From Nanobdellota archaeon (GTDB taxonomy: Archaea; Nanobdellota; Nanobdellia; SCGC-AAA011-G17; JACPNG01), in the NCBI GenBank assembly GCA_038046345.1, contig JBBSWJ010000007.1, positions 10,129 through 27,195 on the forward strand: a stretch of DNA of 17,067 bases. The letters are read 5' to 3'. The translations under genes were made by a program, and so were the position numbers. The stretch's first letter is position 1, and each line of letters opens with the position of its first letter. The notes below the pieces were generated by a model. That model did no database searches and was not told the DNA's origin. It saw only the letters and a list, made by a program, of their open reading frames with translations. Shown one piece after another: positions 7,736 through 15,999 of this stretch.

Positions 7736-8518
7736 ATGTGGTTTAAGAAAACCGGTCTTCCAGAAGAACAAGACATTGTTTCTTGTACAGTCAAAAATAT
7801 TCTTCCTCATTCTGTTTTTGTAACAATCGATGAGTATACTAATCTTGAAGGATTAATCCACATTTCTGAAATTTCCCCTGGTAGGATTAGGAACATTCGT
7901 GACTTTGTTAAAGAAGGTAAAAAACTTATTTGTAAAGTTTTACGTGCTGATAAAGTTAAAAATCAAATTGATCTTTCATTGCGCCGTGTTTCGTTGGGGC
8001 AAAGAAAAACAAAGATAGCAGAAGCACAGCTTGAAGAAAAAGCTGAAAAATTGTTAGACTCAGTTGGTAAAAAACTAAATCTTTCGATTGAAGAGATGTA
8101 CCAAAAACTCGGGCTTAAGCTTGTACATGAGTTTGGATCTTTAAGTAATGCACTTCAATTGCTTGTTGAAGGTAAAACTAACTGGGAGACCATAAAAAAT
8201 GAGTCCATTAAAAAAGAATTAATGCTTGCTGCTAAAGAAAAAATTAAACTACCGGAAGTAAGCATTTCTGGCACTTTCCTCTTAAGCTCAAATGAAGGAG
8301 ATGGTATAGATGTTATCAAAAATATTTTGAAAAACGCTTCTGATCTTGCCGTCAATAAAAAGTATAAGCTAAACTTGACTTATCTTGGAGCTCCAAAATA
8401 TAAAGTAACTATACATGCCGGTGATTATAAGTCCGCAGAAAAACAACTAAGCGAAATTTCAGAGCTGGTTATTAAAGACATGAAAAAACATGGAACTGTT
8501 GCGGAGCTGGTGCGTTGA
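7736..8518 (+). CDS. eif2a: Translation initiation factor 2 alpha subunit
   Basis: LPEEQDIV, S1 domain EGLIHISEISPGRIRNIRDFVKEG, IDLSLRRV, and C-terminal TYLGAPKYKV. Confidence 0.96.
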   Translation: MWFKKTGLPEEQDIVSCTVKNILPHSVFVTIDEYTNLEGLIHISEISPGRIRNIRDFVKEGKKLICKVLRADKVKNQIDLSLRRVSLGQRKTKIAEAQLEEKAEKLLDSVGKKLNLSIEEMYQKLGLKLVHEFGSLSNALQLLVEGKTNWETIKNESIKKELMLAAKEKIKLPEVSISGTFLLSSNEGDGIDVIKNILKNASDLAVNKKYKLNLTYLGAPKYKVTIHAGDYKSAEKQLSEISELVIKDMKKHGTVAELVR

Positions 8519-8691
8519 AAATTCTTTTTTGTAACAACTGCAGTACTTATACTATGGAATCAACCTGTCTTAGATGTAATACTAAAACTGCTTCTACAAA
8601 ACCTGCCAGATATTCAATTGATGACAAATGGGGGGCATATAGAAGAATATCAAAAACACAATCATTAATAAGAAAAGTTAATCTAGGATAA
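8515..8691 (+). CDS. nop10: H/ACA RNP protein Nop10, 58 aa, TTG start
   Basis: Not in the ORF track. Reads MKILFCNNCSTYTMESTCLRCNTKTASTKPARYSIDDKWGAYRR.., with the CxxC..YT..CxxC..P.RYS.DDK...YRR signature, at its conserved position between eif2a and PAC2. TTGA overlap with the eif2a stop. Confidence 0.93.
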   Translation: MKILFCNNCSTYTMESTCLRCNTKTASTKPARYSIDDKWGAYRRISKTQSLIRKVNLG

Positions 8692-8692
8692 T

Positions 8693-9460
8693 ATGGTGTT
8701 CACATTAATAGAAGTTAAGAAGAAAAAACTAACCAACCCCATTCTAATAGAAGGTTTGCCTGGTATAGGCAATGTTGGCAAGATCGCTGCTGATTTTATG
8801 ATTGATAGCTTAAATGCTCAGAAGATTATCGAAATTCACTCTTACAACTTTCCTCATGCCGTGCTCATTGATGAAGATAACCTTGTTCAACTGCCAGTAA
8901 TTGAAATATACTACAAACATGTTGGTAAGCATGATCTTATATTTCTTATTGGTGATATTCAGCCAATTGACGAAGAATCATCTTACGAGTTTTGTGAGGT
9001 ATTATTGAAGTTTTTAAAAAGTGTAAAATGCAAGGAGATCATCACACTTGGTGGAATTGGACTTCATCAGATTCCTAATAGCCCTAAAGTGTTTGTTACT
9101 GGAAATGATAAAAAAGCTATAAGCTCATTTAATGGTAAAAATATTTCAAAAGAAACTTATAATGTTGTGGGCCCAATTGTTGGTGTTACTGGATTACTTA
9201 TAGGTTTGTCAATACGGTGGGGCATTCCGGGTGTAGCTCTTCTTGGTGAAACTTATGGACATCCACAATATCTTGGCATAAAAGGGGCCAGAGAGATAAT
9301 TATGATACTTAACAAAAGATATGGTATGAACCTTCAATTAAAGGAATTAAATTCTGAGATTAGCAACATTGAAAAAGAAATTTCCAGTAAGCTTAAACAA
9401 CTAGGCCCAGTTAAGTCGCCAAAAAAATGGAGCCCATCAGAAACAAGTTATATTGGTTAG
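8693..9460 (+). CDS. PAC2-family proteasome assembly chaperone homolog
   Basis: LIEGLPGIGNVGKIAAD, GDIQP, IITLGG, GPIVGVTGLLIG, LLGETYG and C-terminal YIG; conserved position after nop10. Confidence 0.92.
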   Translation: MVFTLIEVKKKKLTNPILIEGLPGIGNVGKIAADFMIDSLNAQKIIEIHSYNFPHAVLIDEDNLVQLPVIEIYYKHVGKHDLIFLIGDIQPIDEESSYEFCEVLLKFLKSVKCKEIITLGGIGLHQIPNSPKVFVTGNDKKAISSFNGKNISKETYNVVGPIVGVTGLLIGLSIRWGIPGVALLGETYGHPQYLGIKGAREIIMILNKRYGMNLQLKELNSEISNIEKEISSKLKQLGPVKSPKKWSPSETSYIG

Positions 9461-10395
9461 AAATCTTGTGTGCTTTCAACTATGAATGTTTTATCTTTAC
9501 TTGTTTTATACATGTAGTCTAATTTTATTCTCATTGGTCTTTCAAAAGCTATTTCTTGCATATTACTTGTATCAACCGTGCATCTTACTGTTCTCTTTCC
9601 GCTTACCAGTCGTATTTCCCCATTACTTCCGCCAAATGGAGTGCAGTCTACACTTACATCAGATCGTATAAAATCTACTGCTATATTTACCGTGTCATCA
9701 TTTCTTTCATCAGTAGTACAGCTGTCTACAAAATTTCCTGTTGGAAAATAATCTCCACCGCCAATAGACTCAACATCAAATATAAACTGTATTTTATTAC
9801 TGCCCCTTGCACTTTGTACAAAGTTAGCAATCCTCATTGGTGATCCAGAGTTTTCTATTTCTACGTTATCATTACTTATCTCGCACTTATCTTCCGTTCT
9901 TCTTGCGCTTGCGTCTTTCTTTAGGCATACATCAGCTACTGCTTCTGTGCCATACTCATAGCATATATCTGCTCTCATGCTTATTTCAAAATCAAATGGT
10001 AAAACATCATTATAACGTGCACTTTTAAATCTTACTTCATCTTGGTCTCCGTTTTCTTTTCTGTCTCCTATTCTATGAACTCCGCGTATTTCGTTTTCAT
10101 TTTTTTCTGTTAGGCTGTTTAACTGGAATACATCTCTTTCTATTCCGTTTAATGTTACAATCACTTCTCCAGGACTTATGTCTTCTTCGCCTATGTTATC
10201 TACTAATAGTGTAATATCAAATATATCTTGTGACCCATCAAGAACTTGATCTGGAGGCTCTCCTTCCACAAATGTTACATCAAGGCCGTCACTTCCGCCA
10301 TAGTACCTTTTATTAGTATTTGAATCATCGGTAGTCGTTTGGCATGCTGTTGCTAACATTAAAATTCCAACAAGCAATATAAATATTTTTTTCAC
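9457..10395 (-). CDS. Predicted surface lipoprotein, 312 aa
   Basis: GTG start with GAGGTG SD. MKKIFILLVGILMLATAC lipobox (Cys18), then an acidic beta-rich body with paired Cys. Its stop overlaps the PAC2 stop. Confidence 0.8.
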   Translation of the reverse strand: MKKIFILLVGILMLATACQTTTDDSNTNKRYYGGSDGLDVTFVEGEPPDQVLDGSQDIFDITLLVDNIGEEDISPGEVIVTLNGIERDVFQLNSLTEKNENEIRGVHRIGDRKENGDQDEVRFKSARYNDVLPFDFEISMRADICYEYGTEAVADVCLKKDASARRTEDKCEISNDNVEIENSGSPMRIANFVQSARGSNKIQFIFDVESIGGGDYFPTGNFVDSCTTDERNDDTVNIAVDFIRSDVSVDCTPFGGSNGEIRLVSGKRTVRCTVDTSNMQEIAFERPMRIKLDYMYKTSKDKTFIVESTQDF

Positions 10396-10399
10396 TTAG

Positions 10400-10405
10400 C
10401 ACCTC
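10400..10405 (-). promoter_or_regulatory. Shine-Dalgarno site
   Basis: GAGGTG 4 nt upstream of GTG 10395. Confidence 0.65.
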
Positions 10406-10449
10406 TTATCCATTTCTAATCACGCCTTAATTTATTAATGTTATGGTTA

Positions 10450-11718
10450 CTATCCATCCACTACCACCCTTAGATCAATTATTTCAAACTCTGATTTTGG
10501 GATGATTTTAATCACATTATCCCCTCTTCTTATACTTTCTGTGATCGTTCTTTCGTACTTGCTGTCTACTGTATTAAAGTTTATCTGAAACTCATTTATT
10601 GTTATAGCTCCTCTTGCTCTTTCTTCGCCGTCAAACTTAAGTTTTATTACTACTTCCTTTCTGTCGCATTCATCTCTGCAATCATTCACGCATAACTCAT
10701 CGCAATCTTCATTTGATCCGCAATCATCTTCGCAATCATCGATACATGCATCATAACATTCTGTAAATATTTCAAAGTATGTATCATCATCTACTTCAAA
10801 GTTATATCTTGGAAACTCAGCTTCTCCCAGCTTGATTTTTAGTTTTAGATCTTCTATTTGGTAATTTCCTTTATCAATTCTAAACTCTATGATATTCTCT
10901 CCATCCTTAAACAGTCTAAATGGTAAATCAATAGTTTGTTTTCCAGCATCGCACACTACAAAGTCTGAGCTTAATATTTTTTCATTGAGAAGCACAGTCA
11001 TTAACCCATTTTTGCTTAATGTTAGGCAGTCTAAAAAGTAAGATAATTCTGCATCTTCCACTCCCTTTCTCTCAGTATTGGTAAGGAAGAATGCCCTGCG
11101 TGCTCTTGTATTTTCGTATGCTGTTTGAAGTTTTATATTGATATCTCTTAAAGTATAATCCTCCCACCATCTGCCGCGTACTCCAAGTTCCAGGTTATTA
11201 TTTGCAGTCAGAGCCTGCACTGGCAGCTCTATTGGTATATCAGCCGGGCTCAGCTCTTGTTCAAATATCACCACACCATTAAGCTTCACATAAAATGTCC
11301 CGTCTCCTTCTTCAATAAAAAAAAATAATTTTGCACTTTCAATGTCGTTTAAATTCTCTGCTTGAAATGGAAATAATCTATTACTTGAAGAAAACGGGGT
11401 CTTACTTACAGATATTCCTGTTGCAAGATTTGTAACCACACTCTCTGACTTTGTGAACAATGTTGCCGTTGCTAATTCTTTTACGATTTCACTTTTATCA
11501 AAAGAACTTAAATCTCCTGGAACAGCGCTTAGAAGTGTTAGCCCTTTATCATTGCTTTCCCCATCTTTATCAACTGTAGTTCCATCCTCGCCTAACAAAG
11601 CAGCCCTGTCAGATGGAGGTAACAGTAAAACATATAACAGTATAAACAGCCCTATAAGCAAAACTAAAGCAGCAACATCTGTGCCGGGGGTTATTTCCCC
11701 TCTTTTTCTACGTAGCAT
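10450..11718 (-). CDS. Membrane-anchored surface protein, 422 aa, possible class III signal peptide
   Basis: MLRRKRG/EITPGTDVAALVLLIGLFILLYVLLLPP, followed by acidic beta-sandwich-like repeats (LYVKLNG, VLLNE, ITINE) and a Cys/Asp-rich insert. Confidence 0.8.
   Translation of the reverse strand: MLRRKRGEITPGTDVAALVLLIGLFILLYVLLLPPSDRAALLGEDGTTVDKDGESNDKGLTLLSAVPGDLSSFDKSEIVKELATATLFTKSESVVTNLATGISVSKTPFSSSNRLFPFQAENLNDIESAKLFFFIEEGDGTFYVKLNGVVIFEQELSPADIPIELPVQALTANNNLELGVRGRWWEDYTLRDINIKLQTAYENTRARRAFFLTNTERKGVEDAELSYFLDCLTLSKNGLMTVLLNEKILSSDFVVCDAGKQTIDLPFRLFKDGENIIEFRIDKGNYQIEDLKLKIKLGEAEFPRYNFEVDDDTYFEIFTECYDACIDDCEDDCGSNEDCDELCVNDCRDECDRKEVVIKLKFDGEERARGAITINEFQINFNTVDSKYERTITESIRRGDNVIKIIPKSEFEIIDLRVVVDG
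10666..10758 (-). repeat. Degenerate 12-nt period repeat encoding (CX3)4-loop-(CX3)4
   Basis: CGCAATCATC occurs exactly at 10719-10728 and 10731-10740, with variants at 10701-10710 and 10677-10686. It encodes CYDACIDDCEDDCGSNEDCDELCVNDCRDEC. Confidence 0.7.
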
Positions 11719-11739
11719 AATCCATTAACATAGCGGGAT

Positions 11740-11749
11740 ATTTATAAAT
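11740..11749. promoter_or_regulatory. Palindromic TATA box shared by divergent genes
   Basis: ATTTATAAAT is a perfect 10-bp palindrome centred about 26 nt from both ATG 11718 (-) and ATG 11770 (+). Confidence 0.6.
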
Positions 11750-11769
11750 CTTACTGAGATTATCGCATT

Positions 11770-12810
11770 ATGAGGTTAATAACCCGTGATTTAAAGCATG
11801 GAACCATCATTGCAGAGATTACTCAACTTGATGATTTATGGTATCTATCCCAGCTTATTGAACCTGGTGACTTAGTTAAATCAAAAACTAACAGAAAAAT
11901 AAAAGTTGGGTTAGAAAATATCAAAAAGTCATATGTGCTTACTGTTATAGCAGAAAAAATAGAGTTTCTTGCAGATTCTTTACGTGTGAACGGAACAGTT
12001 TTTGATGAAATAGAAGACATACCAAAGGGGTCGCATCAATCATTAGTTTTAGTTGAAGGTTCTTTAGTTACTATAACCAAAAATGAGTGGTTAAGCTTCC
12101 AGATTAAGCGTTTGAATGACGCCTCAAAAGATATTCCTAAGGTTTTGCTTGTTGCTATTGATCGTGGTGATGCGTCATTTGGTAAATTAAAACAGTATGG
12201 CATTGAGTTATTATCTGAGATTTCTGGCACTGTTGAGAAAAAAAGAATGAAAGAAAATGTTAAAGAAGATTTTTTTAGTACAGTAATAAATATGATTGCG
12301 GATTACTCAAAAAGGTTGTCTCCAGAACACATAATTATTGGTAGCCCTGCATTTTGGAAAGACGAATTATATAATAAGATCAAAACATTGCATCCGTCGC
12401 TTTCTAAAAATGTAATCATGGCAAAAATCAGCACCACTGGTAAGGTCGGATTACAGGAGCTCATAAAGCGTGATGAGGTTACTTCTATGCTAAAACAAGA
12501 GCGTATTGTTCAAGAAACTAAAATTATTGATAAAATTCTTAGTGAACTTCACAAAGATGGAAATGTTGCTTATGCAATTGATGAAGTTGAAACTGCAAGT
12601 ATGTCCGGTGCTGTTAGTGATCTGGCTGTTAGTGATTCATTATTAACAAAAGCTAAGGCTGATAATTTTTTTGCTAGAATTAATTCTATTATGAAAAATG
12701 TTGAAACAACTAACGGCAATGTTCATATTATTTCTGCTGAGCATGATGCTGGTAAACAATTAGACGGGCTTGGCGGCATTGCTGCATTATTAAGATATAA
12801 ACTAAAATAA
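11770..12810 (+). CDS. pelA: Pelota/Dom34 ribosome rescue factor
   Basis: LDDLWYLSQLIEPGDLV..KT.RK, LRVNG, GSHQSL, eRF1-like domains 2 and 3 (IIIGSPAFWKD), and SAEHDAGKQLDGLGGIAALLRY. Confidence 0.96.
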   Translation: MRLITRDLKHGTIIAEITQLDDLWYLSQLIEPGDLVKSKTNRKIKVGLENIKKSYVLTVIAEKIEFLADSLRVNGTVFDEIEDIPKGSHQSLVLVEGSLVTITKNEWLSFQIKRLNDASKDIPKVLLVAIDRGDASFGKLKQYGIELLSEISGTVEKKRMKENVKEDFFSTVINMIADYSKRLSPEHIIIGSPAFWKDELYNKIKTLHPSLSKNVIMAKISTTGKVGLQELIKRDEVTSMLKQERIVQETKIIDKILSELHKDGNVAYAIDEVETASMSGAVSDLAVSDSLLTKAKADNFFARINSIMKNVETTNGNVHIISAEHDAGKQLDGLGGIAALLRYKLK

Positions 12811-13869
12811 TTTTCTTAGGAACAATAACAATCTTGGCTCTGCTTTTATTAGCTTAAGCAAGAATTGTGATGGTACATCTCTTTCATATGTTTCGATTAT
12901 CTTTTTTGGTTTTTCTTCAAGGAACAAGGCTAGTAACTTATTATAATCATTTTTGTTAAACTTCTTCATTATCTTATGTATGTAAAGTGATACTAACAGA
13001 TCTTTCCCGAATCTCTTCTTACATGCTTCTTGGTAATCTCCGCCTGCTACTAGCACGTTCGCAAGTTCTTCAGCGCCCATTAAACCGTATACTATTCCGC
13101 CAAATGTTGTAGCTTTTACATGTGCAGCTGCATCTCCTAGTAAAAACACATTATCGTGTTGTAATTTCATGCTTGGTTTGTAAACGGGGATTGGTCCGGA
13201 TTGCCATTCAATAAATTTTAAATTCATATCTTTAATCATCTCTTTAAGTAATTTTTCACTATGACTATAGCTTCCTAATCCGATTCTGCTTACTGATTCA
13301 TTTTCGGGTACACTCCATCCAAAAGTGCCATACCCAAGATACACTTCAAACGTATTTGAATCAAACTTTCCACTATACCGTCCTTGTATTCCAACTATTG
13401 TTTTGTATTTTTCGCCTAACAATCTTGCAACTGTGCTTTTGTATCCATCACTGCCCACAAGAGTGTCTGTTGTAACTGTTTCTCCATTTGAAAACGTCAT
13501 CTTAACTTTTTTTCCTTTGCTAAAGTCAGTTAATCTATGTTCTGGGTAATACTTTACTCCTAACTTTTTTGCATCGTCATGAAAATGTGAATCGAATTTT
13601 GTTCTGTCTACAACGTAATTTTTTTTATCAAGATTTAATTCCAATACTTTTTTGTCTGGAGAATGTATTCTTACTTTGTTTATTGTATTTACCATAAACT
13701 CTTTTCTTATTGGGATTATATCTGCTAACATTCCGCTCATTATTCCGGTGCATTGCACAGGTTTCCCTATGGTTTTATGCTCTTCAAAGGCTGATACTTC
13801 TTGGCCTTTTTTTGCTAAGATTTTTGCTAAGTATCCTCCAGCCGGTCCTGCTCCAATTATGCTTATCAT
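12802..13869 (-). CDS. Geranylgeranyl reductase family FAD-dependent oxidoreductase
   Basis: IIGAGPAG Rossmann motif, KPVQCTG, VGSDGYKSTVAR, FGWSVP (variant of YxWxFP), and LLGDAAAHVKATTFGGI. Substrate not determinable. Confidence 0.85.
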   Translation of the reverse strand: MISIIGAGPAGGYLAKILAKKGQEVSAFEEHKTIGKPVQCTGIMSGMLADIIPIRKEFMVNTINKVRIHSPDKKVLELNLDKKNYVVDRTKFDSHFHDDAKKLGVKYYPEHRLTDFSKGKKVKMTFSNGETVTTDTLVGSDGYKSTVARLLGEKYKTIVGIQGRYSGKFDSNTFEVYLGYGTFGWSVPENESVSRIGLGSYSHSEKLLKEMIKDMNLKFIEWQSGPIPVYKPSMKLQHDNVFLLGDAAAHVKATTFGGIVYGLMGAEELANVLVAGGDYQEACKKRFGKDLLVSLYIHKIMKKFNKNDYNKLLALFLEEKPKKIIETYERDVPSQFLLKLIKAEPRLLLFLRKLF

Positions 13870-13891
13870 ATCAAATTTACCAAGAAAAAGG

Positions 13892-13943
13892 TTTTTAATA
13901 GCTTCTAAAACATTTTCAATAATTTCTACATAAATTTAATAAA
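13892..13943. promoter_or_regulatory. Divergent TATA-box candidates
   Basis: TATTAAAAA (minus, 13892-13900) 23-31 nt before ATG 13869, and TTTAATAAA (plus, 13935-13943) 22-30 nt before ATG 13965. Confidence 0.45.
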
Positions 13944-13964
13944 GGATAATATTATATTACTAAC

Positions 13965-14063
13965 ATGTTTAAAAAAGATATTGATCCGGTCAATATAGCG
14001 GTTTTAATTATAATCATTTTACTCATTATATGGTTCCTTAAACGTGTGCTGGTGACACCATGA
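13965..14063 (+). CDS. Small single-pass membrane peptide, 32 aa
   Basis: Below the track cutoff: MFKKDIDPVNIAVLIIIILLIIWFLKRVLVTP. It has a TATA at the right spacing, an internal GGTGA (14051-14055) serving the next gene, and an ATGA overlap with it. Confidence 0.65.
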   Translation: MFKKDIDPVNIAVLIIIILLIIWFLKRVLVTP

Positions 14064-14275
14064 ACATCACAAAAATCATCAAAAAAGTAGTATATATCTT
14101 ATTCTTAGCTTCATTAATTTATGTAATTTTTGAGCTTACCAGAAAAATATTGGGTGGGAGTTTAGAGTTTGAAGATTTAGTAATAGCATTGTTAGTAGCT
14201 AATTTAGGATATTCCTTTTATCTACAACGAGACATTAGCACTATTAATGAAAAGCTTTCTGGTCATATTGGATAG
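14060..14275 (+). CDS. Small two-helix membrane protein, 71 aa (possibly truncated)
   Basis: Two hydrophobic segments joined by RKILGGS; GGTGA SD. The frame continues past TAG as HKGRK* to 14293. Confidence 0.7.
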   Translation: MNITKIIKKVVYILFLASLIYVIFELTRKILGGSLEFEDLVIALLVANLGYSFYLQRDISTINEKLSGHIG

Positions 14276-14304
14276 CATAAAGGAAGGAAGTAATCCACAA
14301 GATA

Positions 14305-14310
14305 TTTATA
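14305..14310 (+). promoter_or_regulatory. TATA-box candidate for the ABC1 kinase operon
   Basis: TTTATA 22-27 nt upstream of ATG 14332. Confidence 0.5.
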
Positions 14311-14331
14311 CCCTCTAATCACAATAGTGCT

Positions 14332-15999
14332 ATGACAATTTCTCAGTCCTATAAGGATTTTAAACGTCTAAACAACATAATTAATGTTCTGATCAAATAC
14401 GAGCTTGGCTGGTTTGTACATGAGATGAAGATTCATGTTCCTTTCACAGCAAAGAGAAAGATTACATCAAAAAACGCGTATGCAGACCTTCCTGTCAAAC
14501 TACGTAAGTCTATGGAAGAGCTTGGAGGCACATTCATTAAATTAGGGCAATTATTATCAATTCGTCCGGACTTATTGCCTAAAAACTTCATTGAAGAACT
14601 CTCAAATTTACAGGAAAATGTTGCACCAACTCCATTTGAGGAAATTAAGCCGGTTTTAGAAGCTGAATTGAAGATGCCGCTTAATGAAGCATTTACTTCA
14701 TTTGATAAATCTCCGATTGCTTCTGGTTCAATTGGTCAGGTTTACAAGGCTAAGCTAAAAGATGGGACAATTGTAGCTGTAAAAGTTCAGCACCCTAATA
14801 TTAAAGAAGTATTTGAAACCGATATCGACTTATTATACCACATTGCAAAGCTTTTAGAGGCCCATATTCCGGCATCAAAGCAGTTTGGTCCTGTCAAAAT
14901 TGTTGAAGAGTTTGAGCATTATACTAAAAATGAATTAGATTATGTAGTTGAAGCTAAAAACCTGGAAATATTTTATAACAATTTCAAAAACGATAAGTAT
15001 ATTGTCATCCCTAAAGTTTTTTGGAAGTTATCTTCAACCAAAGTTCTTACAATGCAGTTTATTTCTGGGAAAAAAATTAATGATATCAAAAGTTTTAACA
15101 CCTTAAAGTCTTCTAGGAAAGTAATTTTAAACAGATTAGTAAACGCTTTAACATTGCAGATTGTTAAGTTTGGTTTTTTCCACGCAGACCCGCATCCTGG
15201 AAATATCCTTATCTTAGCCAATAATCGCATTTCTTTTCTTGATCTGGGGATAGTTGGTTCTATCAATAAAGAATTGCAGAAAAAAGTTGAGGTAATGTTT
15301 ATTGCATTAGTTGACGGGGACAAAGATGGATTTGCGAATTCGCTTATCGAGATTGGTATTGCAGATAGCACCGTCAATTTTAACATGTTCAAGCAAGATC
15401 TTTCAAACTACTTAGGCAAATACCACAATATTCATTTACAGCAGTTTAATGGTGTTGACTTTTTATACAATGTTCTTGAGCTTGCAAAAAAGCATAACCT
15501 TATCCTGCCAGTCGATTTTGTTTTAATAATCAAGGCTATAGTAACTACTGAAGGAGTTGGCAAATTAATTGATCCGTCATTTAATTTTATTGAAGCTTCT
15601 AAACCATTAGTAGATCAGCTGAAAGCAACGCATTCAACTCCAGAGTACATCCTTAAGTCATTACAAAGGAAGTTAATCAGCATCTCAAGAGTTTTAAGCA
15701 GCTTACCAGAAGACACTAAACAGACTCTTAGATATTTACGTGAGGGTAAAATTGTGGTTACTATAAAAGACACTAAATTAGAAGAACTGGGTGTTGAGCT
15801 TGATCGATCTTCAAACAGGGTAACCTTTGGCATCTTAATTGCAGCTTTTGTTGTTGGTTCTGCTTTGGTTATCCTTGCTGATCTTCCACCGAAGCTTAAT
15901 GGTATTCCTATTTTATCGATAGTTTTATTAATTCTGGCTGCGCTAACTTTACTATTCCTTGTAATTTCAGTTGTAAAAGAAAAGGAGGCGATTAAATGA
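14332..15999 (+). CDS. UbiB/ABC1 (AarF) family atypical protein kinase-like ATPase
   Basis: KxGQ motif (FIKLGQLLSIRPDLLP), PIASGSIGQVY loop, VAVKVQHP, ELDY..EA.N, GFFHADPHPGNI, FLDLG, and two C-terminal TM helices. Confidence 0.95.
   Translation: MTISQSYKDFKRLNNIINVLIKYELGWFVHEMKIHVPFTAKRKITSKNAYADLPVKLRKSMEELGGTFIKLGQLLSIRPDLLPKNFIEELSNLQENVAPTPFEEIKPVLEAELKMPLNEAFTSFDKSPIASGSIGQVYKAKLKDGTIVAVKVQHPNIKEVFETDIDLLYHIAKLLEAHIPASKQFGPVKIVEEFEHYTKNELDYVVEAKNLEIFYNNFKNDKYIVIPKVFWKLSSTKVLTMQFISGKKINDIKSFNTLKSSRKVILNRLVNALTLQIVKFGFFHADPHPGNILILANNRISFLDLGIVGSINKELQKKVEVMFIALVDGDKDGFANSLIEIGIADSTVNFNMFKQDLSNYLGKYHNIHLQQFNGVDFLYNVLELAKKHNLILPVDFVLIIKAIVTTEGVGKLIDPSFNFIEASKPLVDQLKATHSTPEYILKSLQRKLISISRVLSSLPEDTKQTLRYLREGKIVVTIKDTKLEELGVELDRSSNRVTFGILIAAFVVGSALVILADLPPKLNGIPILSIVLLILAALTLLFLVISVVKEKEAIK
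15984..15988 (+). promoter_or_regulatory. Shine-Dalgarno site
   Basis: GGAGG 7 nt upstream of ATG 15996. Confidence 0.7.

Noticed and set aside
9457-12810. Convergent stop overlaps (9457-9460 and 12802-12810) as antisense regulation
   Set aside because: Overlaps of 4 and 9 nt are ordinary in compact genomes and there is no further evidence of regulation.
14273-14275. TAG recoding (alternative genetic code or pyrrolysine)
   Set aside because: ftsY and the PAC2 homolog end at TAG at their expected C-termini, and no core gene has an internal stop.
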